Shown here: positions 1 through 6,866 of the stretch, piece by piece
How positions within the stretch are numbered: position 1 is the stretch's first letter
How the letters are laid out: the number at the start of each line of letters is the position of its first letter
Source of the DNA: an uncultured Clostridiaceae bacterium
GTDB taxonomy: Bacteria; Bacillota; Clostridia; TANB77; CAG-465
Assembly (NCBI GenBank): GCA_964465775.1
Contig: CAYXLQ010000020.1
Span: forward strand, 1-15,149
DNA length: 15,149 nucleotides
Direction of reading: 5' to 3'
Notes under the pieces: generated by a model
Told to the model about the DNA's origin: nothing
Databases searched by the model: none
What the model saw: the letters and a program-made list of their open reading frames with translations, nothing else
Position numbers and translations under genes: made by a program

Positions 1-69
1 TTCTCTGACATCATTGTTAGGCGTACTTGCAGGTTCGTTATATCAGATACTTTTTAGATTGTTTTTAAA

Positions 70-429
70 TTAACCTTGTCCTGTAACTTGTCCTGTAATA
101 TCAACAATAAATTGTATGATCCATGTTGCTCCAAATACAAGCGCAGCTCCTATTGCAAGTATACCCATACTTTTCTTAATATCTGCTTTTTGATCTGCTG
201 ATGCAAACATATATCTTACTCCAGCAAAAACAACAGCTGCTACTGCTAAAATTTGTAGTATTAATTTTACTGTATTCCAAGCTTTACCAACTGCTGTTTC
301 TACAGTTGGAATCGAACCCCCTAATGAATCAATAACAGGTGATATAGGATTGGCCATTACAGGAAGCATAAAAGCTCCTATTGCAACAACTAACATTAAT
401 GCTATCGTTATCTTATTAAATTTCTTCAT
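70..429 (-). CDS. small exported membrane protein with TrbC/VirB2-like (type IV secretion pilin-like) architecture, putative
   Basis: ORF track 70..483 trimmed to the ATG at 429 (MKKFNKITIAL...). GGAGG lies 7 nt upstream, and the longer ORF would run through the predicted promoter at 463..490. The N-terminus looks like a signal peptide ending LPVMA/NP. Two hydrophobic helices follow (LILQILAVAAVVFAGV and MGILAIGAALVFGATWIIQFIV), separated by a charged loop (ASADQKADIKKS). Size and layout match TrbC/VirB2-type and Firmicute T4SS pilin-like proteins. Family assignment is by eye only. Confidence 0.45.
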   Translation of the reverse strand: MKKFNKITIALMLVVAIGAFMLPVMANPISPVIDSLGGSIPTVETAVGKAWNTVKLILQILAVAAVVFAGVRYMFASADQKADIKKSMGILAIGAALVFGATWIIQFIVDITGQVTGQG

Positions 430-462
430 TTTTTTCCTCCTTAAAAATGTTTTCATATCTAA

Positions 463-490
463 ATTATAGCAAAAATTAGGCATTATGCAA
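463..490 (-). promoter_or_regulatory. sigma-A type promoter for the pilin-like gene
   Basis: Minus strand reads TTGCAT (490..485), a 16-nt spacer ending in TGc (extended -10), then TATAAT (468..463). It lies about 35 nt upstream of the ATG at 429. Confidence 0.55.
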
Positions 491-562
491 GTCTTTTTTT
501 AGTTTTTTTCTCTTTATTCTATTATTGTAATTTTTTTGTAACAATTTGGCTTCTTATTTTTC

Positions 563-591
563 TTTACAAACCGTGTAATAATTATTATACT
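563..591 (+). promoter_or_regulatory. sigma-A type promoter for the M23 peptidase gene
   Basis: TTTACA (563..568), 17 nt, TATACT (586..591). Caveat: the implied transcript start falls almost on the GGAGGGG ribosome-binding site (598..604), so the leader would be very short. Confidence 0.4.
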
Positions 592-607
592 TACATTGGA
601 GGGGCCC

Positions 608-1097
608 ATGATTAAAAAATATTTTTATTCTATTTTTACATTTTTTCTTTCAATAATCTTTTTTTCAAGTAACGATGTTAACACGAATTCTACTCTATCA
701 TTTCCTATTAGATTAGATTACTATATTTCTTCTAACTACGGTTATAGAACAGTCGGTACATACCATTTCCATAATGGCATTGATATTCCTAAGCCTCCTG
801 GTACTCCTGTGTATGCTTTAGCAAATGGTGTTATAAACTATATTGGTTTTTCTTCTTCATATGGGAATTATATTATAATAACCTATAGCAATGGTTATAA
901 ATCTTTATATGGACATATGTCTGGTATCTATCCATTTTCTGTCGGTGATTATGTTACCACTAACGACATCGTTGCTTATATCGGTCCTACTCGTCTTAAA
1001 TCTGGTATACGAAATGGTTTTACTACTCGGACCACACCTCCATTTTACTATCTATAAAAACAATAAATTGCTTGATCCCCTCACAATATTCAAATAA
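608..1097 (+). pseudogene. membrane-anchored M23 (LytM-type) metallopeptidase, reading frame broken by a single extra C at 1028
   Basis: Frame A from ATG 608 (GGAGGGG upstream) gives a hydrophobic N-terminus (MIKKYFYSIFTFFLSIIFFSS) and the HxxxD motif (HNGID), then stops at 1057. Frame B (track ORF 891..1097) carries GPHLHF (the HxH zinc motif) and the C-terminus. Skipping C1028 joins them as ...SGIRNGFTT-GPHLHFTIYKNNKLLDPLTIFK, giving 162 aa. The catalytic motifs are therefore split across two frames. Confidence 0.75.
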
Positions 1098-1175
1098 ATT
1101 TATGATAACAATATTGTCTATGATATTTTATATTTACAATTAATTATTACCAAGTCAAGTATATATTACACTTAC

Positions 1176-1209
1176 AAAAAAACAATAGGATATTTCACCT
1201 ATTGTTTTT
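1176..1209. terminator. bidirectional intrinsic terminator shared by the M23 gene (+) and SSB-like copy 1 (-)
   Basis: Stem AACAATAGG (1181..1189) pairs with CCTATTGTT (1198..1206) around an 8-nt loop. It is flanked by an A-run on the left and a T-run on the right, so it is followed by U-runs on either strand. Confidence 0.65.
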
Positions 1210-1267
1210 ATCTTATAACATTGTATTGATTTACTTCAAATATCTAATTAATGCTCTTGTTCTGTTC

Positions 1268-1918
1268 TTACTTTCTATCATCTTTTAATACATCAAGTTT
1301 AGATATAGATACTTCATATGCTACTCTATTTTCTATTTTTCCGTTATCATATTTTTTTTCATAATTTCTTGATTGTATTCTTCCAACTATTTGAACTACC
1401 GTTCCAGTTTCCAAACTCTCGCAATATTTAGCATTTCTTCCCCATATGATGCAAGGTATGTAATCCGATTTATTATATGCCCGATTAATCGCAAGAGATA
1501 TATCTGCAATATCCCTTCCTAGTGGTGTTTTCCTATATGTTGGTTTTTTACATATCGTTCCTGTTGCAGTTATTTCATTTATCTCTTTAAACGCTTCGCA
1601 TAATTCTAATTGCTGGATTTCCTTTACAAAAACAAATAAAATAAGCCTGTTTTTATTGTTTTCCTCCAATTGATTATATGACCTATATTGTCCTTCAACA
1701 TAAATTGCTTTGCCTTTTTTTAAATCTCCTACATCTATTAACCTCTCTGAAATTATAACCATCAATTTGTCACTTTGTCCACTGAGTCTATTTGTTTCCA
1801 AATAGAATTTATAGAACTCTTCTCCATAGGTTTCATGACTTAGCTCAGGTGATGATGCCACTGTACCGCTCATTTTAACTATGTTATTTCCGAAAGCTTG
1901 GTCCATTGTTATTCCCAT
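1268..1918 (-). CDS. SSB-like protein with two tandem OB-fold halves, no acidic C-terminal tail (copy 1)
   Basis: 216-aa ORF with GGAGA 8 nt upstream of the ATG at 1918. The paralog aligns from the internal MDQAF at 1906. The N-half (NNIVKMSGTVASSPEL...GKAIYVEGQYRSYN...LILFVFVKEI) and the C-half (INEITATGTICKKPTYRKTPLGRDIADISLAINR...SDYIPCIIWGRNA...GTVVQIVGRIQSRNYEKK...RVAYEVSISKLD) each follow the beta-strand pattern of SSB-family OB folds. The C-terminus is LKDDRK, not a DDD(I/L)PF tip. Confidence 0.6.
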   Translation of the reverse strand: MGITMDQAFGNNIVKMSGTVASSPELSHETYGEEFYKFYLETNRLSGQSDKLMVIISERLIDVGDLKKGKAIYVEGQYRSYNQLEENNKNRLILFVFVKEIQQLELCEAFKEINEITATGTICKKPTYRKTPLGRDIADISLAINRAYNKSDYIPCIIWGRNAKYCESLETGTVVQIVGRIQSRNYEKKYDNGKIENRVAYEVSISKLDVLKDDRK

Positions 1919-1973
1919 ATCATTCGTCTCCTTTAAAATTATTTTTTAAGAGTACATATTTAAACATACTATT

Positions 1974-2001
1974 ATTATAACATTTTATATTCAAAAGTCA
2001 A
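1974..2001 (-). promoter_or_regulatory. sigma-A type promoter for SSB-like copy 1
   Basis: Minus strand reads TTGACT (2001..1996), a 16-nt spacer ending in TGt (extended -10), then TATAAT (1979..1974). Confidence 0.55.
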
Positions 2002-2063
2002 TTGTTATTGCACTAACCACACGTCAAACCACAATTACATTTTACATAATCTGTTGCACTTAT

Positions 2064-2094
2064 AAAAAAACAATAGGATCTCTCACCTATTGTT
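2064..2094 (-). terminator. intrinsic terminator of SSB-like copy 2
   Basis: Same stem as at 1181..1206: AACAATAGG (2069..2077) pairs with CCTATTGTT (2086..2094). On the minus strand it is followed by a T-run (the plus-strand A-run 2064..2070). Confidence 0.6.
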
Positions 2095-2132
2095 TAATAT
2101 TATATTATATTATATTGATTTGTTTTAATTAA

Positions 2133-2795
2133 CTAATTTATATCTTTATTTTGTTCTTCAGTACTATCTTCTTTTAACATTTCAAATTTAGACACTGATA
2201 CTTCATATGCTACTCTATTTTCTATTTTTCCGTCATCATATTTTTTTTCATATTTTCTTGCTTGTATTCTTCCAACTACTTTAACCGTTGTTCCTGTTTC
2301 TAAATTTTCACAATACTTAGCATTTCTTCCCCATATTATACAAGGAATATAATCCGATTTGTTATATGAACGATTAACTGCTAGAAGTATGTCTGCAATA
2401 TCTCTTCCTAGTGGTGTTTTTCTATATATTGGTGTTTTACATACTGTTCCTATTGCAGTAAGCTCATTAATTGTTCTAACACTTTCATTTACTTCTAATT
2501 GTTGAATTTCTTTAACAAATACCGATAAAATCAATCTACTCTTATTGTTTTCATCTATTTGATTATACGATCTATATTGCCCTTCAATATAAATTATTTT
2601 CCCTATTTTAAAGTCCTCAACATCTATTAACCTTTCTGAAATTATAACTGGCAATTTATCATTTTGTCCACTAAGTCTATTTATTTCTATGTAAAATTTG
2701 TAAAATTTTTCTCCATATATTTCATGACTTAATTCAAGTGATGATGCCACCGTACCACCCATTTTAACTATGTTATTTTCAACAGCTTGCTCCAT
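2133..2795 (-). CDS. SSB-like protein with two tandem OB-fold halves, no acidic C-terminal tail (copy 2)
   Basis: 220-aa ORF with AGGAGG 7 nt upstream of the ATG at 2795. In my gap-free manual alignment, 164 of the first 210 positions are identical to copy 1. It shows the same two-half OB pattern. The C-terminus is ...KEDSTEEQNKDIN. Confidence 0.6.
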   Translation of the reverse strand: MEQAVENNIVKMGGTVASSLELSHEIYGEKFYKFYIEINRLSGQNDKLPVIISERLIDVEDFKIGKIIYIEGQYRSYNQIDENNKSRLILSVFVKEIQQLEVNESVRTINELTAIGTVCKTPIYRKTPLGRDIADILLAVNRSYNKSDYIPCIIWGRNAKYCENLETGTTVKVVGRIQARKYEKKYDDGKIENRVAYEVSVSKFEMLKEDSTEEQNKDIN

Positions 2796-2844
2796 GCTTC
2801 TTCCTCCTTTGATCTTTATACCCTATTCTTATGTTTTAGACAAC

Positions 2845-2886
2845 AAAAAAATTACTATGTTTTGCCTATTATATCATAGTAATTTT
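2845..2886 (-). terminator. intrinsic terminator downstream of the TraX-family gene
   Basis: On the minus strand, ATTACTATG (2883..2875) pairs with CATAGTAAT (2859..2851) around a 15-nt loop, followed by TTTTTT (2850..2845). Confidence 0.5.
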
Positions 2887-2930
2887 ATTTTGTAAATACT
2901 TATGTTAATGCTCTGTTATCGTATTACCTA

Positions 2931-3755
2931 TTATTTCAATAAAATCATAATCGAAGTAATGTATAATAACATGTGATGTATTGGAAAAAACGAATAATAA
3001 ATTATGTTTATCCACTTTCTTTTTTTTCCTCTTTCACCATTATATAAATATATTGGGATAATAGAGAGTAGCATATACCAATATATCGTTGTTTCATTAT
3101 TAGTAATTATATATATCATAGACAATATAATTGCTAATATATAGGTGTATTTTATGTTCTTTTCTGAAACAAATGAAAGTAATAATCCTTTCATTGATAG
3201 TGTGTTATTATTTCTGTTTATATATACAATTATTTTAAATCTTTCAATAAAATAAAATATAAGTCCAAGTATTAGTGTGTTATAGCCATAATCTATAGGT
3301 ATAAAACTGTATATCATTATTATCAAAATTAATAATAACATTTTTATAATCAAATTCCAATTGCCATTTATTTTTTTAAATATATGTTTTTCATGAATTA
3401 ACCAAAATGTAATCAATAACAAAGTAAATGAAAATACTATGTTTAAATTTGTTACAACTGATAAGTTATTCTTTCTAACATCAAACAACGAAGTAATATA
3501 AATTACTATTTGAGTTATTACTGATAATGAAAAAATTCGAAGAATATATTTTTTCAAATCTTTTGTATAAAAGAAACCTTGAACTAGCATGTACAAAAAT
3601 AGAGGCATAGATATTCTGCCTATTACCCTACATAGATAATATATGTTTGTATTTATAATATCTATAAAATAATAACCTATATGATCAATTAACATTGTTA
3701 TCATTGCTATGATTTTTAGTCCATCTCTATTTATTTCTACTTCTTTTATATTCAT
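2931..3755 (-). CDS. TraX family integral membrane protein
   Basis: 274-aa multi-pass hydrophobic protein. Its N-terminal DGLKIIAMITMLIDHIGYYF motif is typical of the TraX family. It starts 14 nt after the pgi stop with no intervening terminator. Confidence 0.75.
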   Translation of the reverse strand: MNIKEVEINRDGLKIIAMITMLIDHIGYYFIDIINTNIYYLCRVIGRISMPLFLYMLVQGFFYTKDLKKYILRIFSLSVITQIVIYITSLFDVRKNNLSVVTNLNIVFSFTLLLITFWLIHEKHIFKKINGNWNLIIKMLLLILIIMIYSFIPIDYGYNTLILGLIFYFIERFKIIVYINRNNNTLSMKGLLLSFVSEKNIKYTYILAIILSMIYIITNNETTIYWYMLLSIIPIYLYNGERGKKRKWINIIYYSFFPIHHMLLYITSIMILLK

Positions 3756-3769
3756 TCTTTATTATTTAC

Positions 3770-5080
3770 CTATTCTCCTCTCTCTAGTAATTCCATCATG
3801 TTTGTTTTATATGCTTCCACACCGGGTTGATCGAATGGATTTATTCCAAGTAAATATCCACTAATTGCACAAGCTTTTTCAAAAAAGTATATAAGCTGTC
3901 CCACATTATATGGTGTTAAATCTCCTATGTTAAGAGATATTACAGGTACTCCTCCATCTATATGCGCTTTATATGTTCCCATATATGCTTGCTTATTTAT
4001 ATAATCAATACTTTTACCTGCAAGATAATTTAATCCATCTATATTATCAATTGTTTCTGGCAATTTTATCTGGCTTCTATCTAATCCTATACTTATCATA
4101 GTCTCAAACATATTTCTTTTCCCTTGTTGAATATACTGCCCCATAGAATGAAGATCTGTTGTAAAATTCATTCCTGCCGGGAATATCCCCTTACCTTCCT
4201 TGCCTTCGCTTTCACCAAACAATTGCTTGTACCACTCTATGAAATAATGTAAATGAGGCTCATAACTCGACATTATTTCTATAGTCTTTCCCTTTTGATA
4301 TAGTATGTTCCTTGTTGCTGCATATCTATAGCAATCATTATTTTTAATATCCTTTTCATTATATAAATGACTTGCAAACATTGCTCCATCTAGTAATTCT
4401 TCTATATCTATTCCTGCAACTGCTATAGGAAGAAGTCCAACTGCAGTAAGTACAGAATATCTTCCACCAACGTCATCTGGAACTACAAAAGTTTCATAAT
4501 GATTTTTCTCAGCGATTTCCTTAAGTACACCTTCTTCTTTATCTGTAGTTACAAATATGCGTTCTACAGCTCCACCAACTCCATATTTTTCTTCCATAAA
4601 CATTTTTAACATTCTAAATGCTATCGCTGGTTCTAATGTTTTACCTGACTTTGATATAACATTAATTACAACGTCTTTATCTTCTATGTATTCTATCAAA
4701 CTTCTTATATACCTAGGACTTATATTATGCCCAGCATATAATATTTCTGGTCCATTTCTTTTATTGTGGCTTAGCATATTATGCATAGGATCAGTAAACA
4801 TATCTATGATAGCTTTAGCGCCAAGATATGAACCCCCAATACCAACAATTATAAACACATCTGCCTTTTTTCTTATAATATTAGCTGCTTCTATAATCCT
4901 TGCGATTTCTTCTTCATCTCTATTTTCTGGAAGTGTCATCCATCCAAGCATATCACTTCCCTTACCTGTCTTTTGCTCAAGTTTTTCGTGTGCTGCATAC
5001 ACTCTGTTTTCTATCTCCTGGTAATCATATTCCCTTATTTCTTTTATTACTCCATCAAAATTCAATTTTACTCCGTTCAT
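3770..5080 (-). CDS. pgi: glucose-6-phosphate isomerase
   Basis: Full-length resemblance to the ~440-450 aa Firmicute PGI, including IVGIGGSYLGAKA and the later GESEGKEGKG and GINPFDQPGVE regions. I moved the start from the track's GTG at 5089 to the ATG at 5080 (MNGVKLNF...). That ATG has GAGGTG 6 nt upstream and sits downstream of the promoter at 5103..5131. Confidence 0.9.
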   Translation of the reverse strand: MNGVKLNFDGVIKEIREYDYQEIENRVYAAHEKLEQKTGKGSDMLGWMTLPENRDEEEIARIIEAANIIRKKADVFIIVGIGGSYLGAKAIIDMFTDPMHNMLSHNKRNGPEILYAGHNISPRYIRSLIEYIEDKDVVINVISKSGKTLEPAIAFRMLKMFMEEKYGVGGAVERIFVTTDKEEGVLKEIAEKNHYETFVVPDDVGGRYSVLTAVGLLPIAVAGIDIEELLDGAMFASHLYNEKDIKNNDCYRYAATRNILYQKGKTIEIMSSYEPHLHYFIEWYKQLFGESEGKEGKGIFPAGMNFTTDLHSMGQYIQQGKRNMFETMISIGLDRSQIKLPETIDNIDGLNYLAGKSIDYINKQAYMGTYKAHIDGGVPVISLNIGDLTPYNVGQLIYFFEKACAISGYLLGINPFDQPGVEAYKTNMMELLERGE

Positions 5081-5096
5081 ATGTTTCACCTCTTCA

Positions 5097-6233
5097 TCAA
5101 TTATTATAGAACTTATTTAAAATATTTGCAAGACATCTTGCAGAATAATATGCTTCTTCTAATGAATTCCCCGTGGTTCCAACCTCAATTAAAAAAGAAT
5201 GTTTTATCATATCTTGATTATATTTTGAATTCCTTACAATCATGGGCCTAAACAATCCCGGATACATCTCTTCTCCTAATTTTTGTAATTGCAAAGCTAA
5301 TGAAAGGTTTTCTTCCCAATATTCATTTTTATAACTTTCTGTTCCTAATCCCATTACAAACATAAGTTTTGCTACTTTTACGCCATTTATTTGTACTGTT
5401 GGCCCCTCAGTTAGATCTGCAAGAGCATCTCTATGAACGTCTATTGATAATCCTATTCTTCCCTTTGTTTCTATATTATTTTTAATCGTTTTCCTAGAAT
5501 TAGTGTATGCTATTTCATAACTTCCATAATCATGTGGCGTTGTATCAAATATGGTTTCCATGTTCTTTTCTTTTAAACTTTCATTTAATGTATTCCCTAC
5601 TGAAATCATGTTGTATTTAGCATCTCTTGTTCTATAAGTACTAGTATAATCAAATTTATAATTCTTACTATTAGTATATGACTCCGATGTATGCGTTGAA
5701 TATATTAATACCGGATCACTTTTTTTAGTAAGAGTTATATTCTTTTTATATAAGGACAAAAAATCAATGTTCTTTTGACTGGAGTAGTTCAATATAGTAG
5801 CATTGTATATTTTTATTTTTTGCATAGTATTTGTTTCATTTTTTGAATAATTTTCTTTTTCGATTTTAGCGAATACCGCTGCGCTATCTATATCTACTAA
5901 TGAAATATCAAATTCATCTTTTTTTCTAATCTTAACCTTTTCTGTTCCTGTTTCTGTTTTAATTTCTTGTTCTTTAGTTCCGCTTACTACAAAGGGTGTC
6001 TGATTTATTGCCATAACTAATATTTCTTTTTCTTTACTTTGAATTCTAATTAAATTATTTCCCATTAAAAGCAAATTGTTTTTTGTATGTTCATTTTTTA
6101 ATATTGCTTTTCCTATACATACCATAACAAATGATAATATCATGACACAAAATATGTGTTTGCTAATTTTAAAAATATTTTTAACATCAATCTTATTTTT
6201 TGATACATTAAAAAAGCCGCCTGAAATTTTCAT
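5097..6233 (-). CDS. spoIIP: stage II sporulation protein P
   Basis: 378 aa with an N-terminal membrane anchor (HIFCVMILSFVMVCIG). The C-terminal domain carries LIYSTHTSESY and SIDVHRDA motifs, as in the SpoIIP engulfment hydrolase family. AGGTGA lies upstream of the ATG at 6233. Confidence 0.8.
   Translation of the reverse strand: MKISGGFFNVSKNKIDVKNIFKISKHIFCVMILSFVMVCIGKAILKNEHTKNNLLLMGNNLIRIQSKEKEILVMAINQTPFVVSGTKEQEIKTETGTEKVKIRKKDEFDISLVDIDSAAVFAKIEKENYSKNETNTMQKIKIYNATILNYSSQKNIDFLSLYKKNITLTKKSDPVLIYSTHTSESYTNSKNYKFDYTSTYRTRDAKYNMISVGNTLNESLKEKNMETIFDTTPHDYGSYEIAYTNSRKTIKNNIETKGRIGLSIDVHRDALADLTEGPTVQINGVKVAKLMFVMGLGTESYKNEYWEENLSLALQLQKLGEEMYPGLFRPMIVRNSKYNQDMIKHSFLIEVGTTGNSLEEAYYSARCLANILNKFYNN
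5103..5131 (-). promoter_or_regulatory. sigma-A type promoter for pgi, embedded in the last codons of spoIIP
   Basis: Minus strand reads TTGCAA (5131..5126), 17 nt, TATAAT (5108..5103). The GAGGTG ribosome-binding site and the ATG at 5080 follow. Confidence 0.55.
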
Positions 6234-6298
6234 AAAACCACTTCACCTAGTCCTATGTTTATTACAAACAGCTATAATTTATAACTACTATTATTAAT

Positions 6299-6718
6299 TT
6301 AATCTAATAATTCTGTCATTGATTCATTATATTTCTCAAGTACTCTTACAGTTCTTTCTTTTAAATCAATAACTTCTTTTTTTATATCTAACAGTTTTTC
6401 TTTCTCTACTTCAATTAAAGTTTCTATTCTTTGTTTTTCACTTAATGCTTCTTGTCTAGCATTTTCAAGAATATTCCTTGCCTGATCTTCCGCAGTTATT
6501 AAAGCGTTGGCTACTTTTTCTTGTTTTCCGATATATTCAGTATCATAACGTTCTAACTTTTTTCTGATGATTGTAATCTCATTTGAAAGCCTATTAATTT
6601 CCGCTTTTTCCGCTTGCAAAGAGCTCTCATGATCAGCTTTCATTTCTCTTAGATATTCTTCAACTTCTTTTTTATCATATCCAAACATCTCAGAATTAAA
6701 CTTCTTTTCGTTCTCCAT
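6299..6718 (-). CDS. DivIVA-domain coiled-coil protein
   Basis: 139 aa. The N-terminal F-GYDKKEVEEYLREM motif is of the DivIVA/GpsB type. The rest is E/K/L-rich heptad-like coiled coil. GGAGGT lies 8 nt upstream of the ATG at 6718. Confidence 0.6.
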   Translation of the reverse strand: MENEKKFNSEMFGYDKKEVEEYLREMKADHESSLQAEKAEINRLSNEITIIRKKLERYDTEYIGKQEKVANALITAEDQARNILENARQEALSEKQRIETLIEVEKEKLLDIKKEVIDLKERTVRVLEKYNESMTELLD

Positions 6719-6751
6719 TTATTACTACCTCCACTGCTACTTCTAACGCTC

Positions 6752-6780
6752 ATTTTAACAGATTTCTATCGTTTTTTCAA
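6752..6780 (-). promoter_or_regulatory. sigma-A type promoter for the DivIVA-domain gene
   Basis: Minus strand reads TTGAAA (6780..6775), a 17-nt spacer ending in TGt, then TAAAAT (6757..6752). Confidence 0.55.
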
Positions 6781-6866
6781 CACTTTCCACAAAAGTTGTT
6801 GTTTTTATAATTTTTATATATAAATATCTCCCTTTTTGTTACTATTTTATTAACTTTTTGTTATTT

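Larger units (their letters stand above)
1176..2795 (-). repeat. tandem direct duplication: two units, each an SSB-like CDS plus its terminator hairpin
   Basis: The stop codons at 1268 and 2133 are offset by 865 bp. The identical terminator stems at 1181..1206 and 2069..2094 are offset by 888 bp. The CDSs are collinear, and similarity continues through the 3' flank (cacttaCaaaaaaacaatagga... vs cacttaTaaaaaaacaatagga...). The 5' promoter regions are not duplicated. Confidence 0.8.

Noticed and set aside
1-16. Possible minus-strand gene start (ATGATGTCAGAGAA) running off the left edge
   Set aside because: Only about 5 codons are visible and there is no ribosome-binding site upstream, so it cannot be supported from this window.
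430-483. Longer N-terminal extensions offered by the ORF track here, and likewise at 596..607, 5081..5089, 6898..6912, 8996..9055, 12962..13051 and 13087..13137
   Set aside because: In each case an internal ATG has a proper Shine-Dalgarno site at 5-9 nt and gives an N-terminus matching the family. The extension overlaps a predicted promoter, starts on a non-ATG codon, or overlaps the preceding gene.
525-541. TTGTAA-ttttt-TTGTAA direct repeat (11-bp period) between the divergent promoters of the pilin-like and M23 genes
   Set aside because: It is embedded in T-runs of very low complexity and overlaps an alternative -35-like hexamer. I cannot distinguish it from chance.
891-1097. 68-aa ORF listed as a separate gene
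   Set aside because: Only its last 22 codons make sense (GPHLHFTIYKNNKLLDPLTIFK), and they complete the M23 domain of the 608.. gene after a +1 shift. The upstream part is an out-of-frame read of that gene.
2097-2116. (ATATT)x4 pentanucleotide run between the stop and terminator of SSB-like copy 2
   Set aside because: It is real but short, and typical of AT-rich intergenic DNA. It explains part of the 865 vs 888 bp offset difference between the duplicated units, but nothing suggests function.
70-3755. Calling the left region a mobile element (ICE or genomic island) with defined ends
   Set aside because: No integrase, relaxase, transposase, tRNA target or flanking direct repeats are visible, and there is no obvious composition shift. 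It is kept only as a hypothesis in the findings.
4557-5251. Three plus-strand ORFs (4557..5024, 4900..5109, 4973..5251) antisense to pgi and spoIIP
   Set aside because: They are shadow ORFs opposite well-supported genes. Their translations are low-complexity and Leu/Ile/Ser/Phe-rich, and they lack ribosome-binding sites.
6076-6297. 73-aa plus-strand ORF
   Set aside because: It is antisense to the 5' end of spoIIP and its upstream region, with no RBS and a composition-driven sequence.
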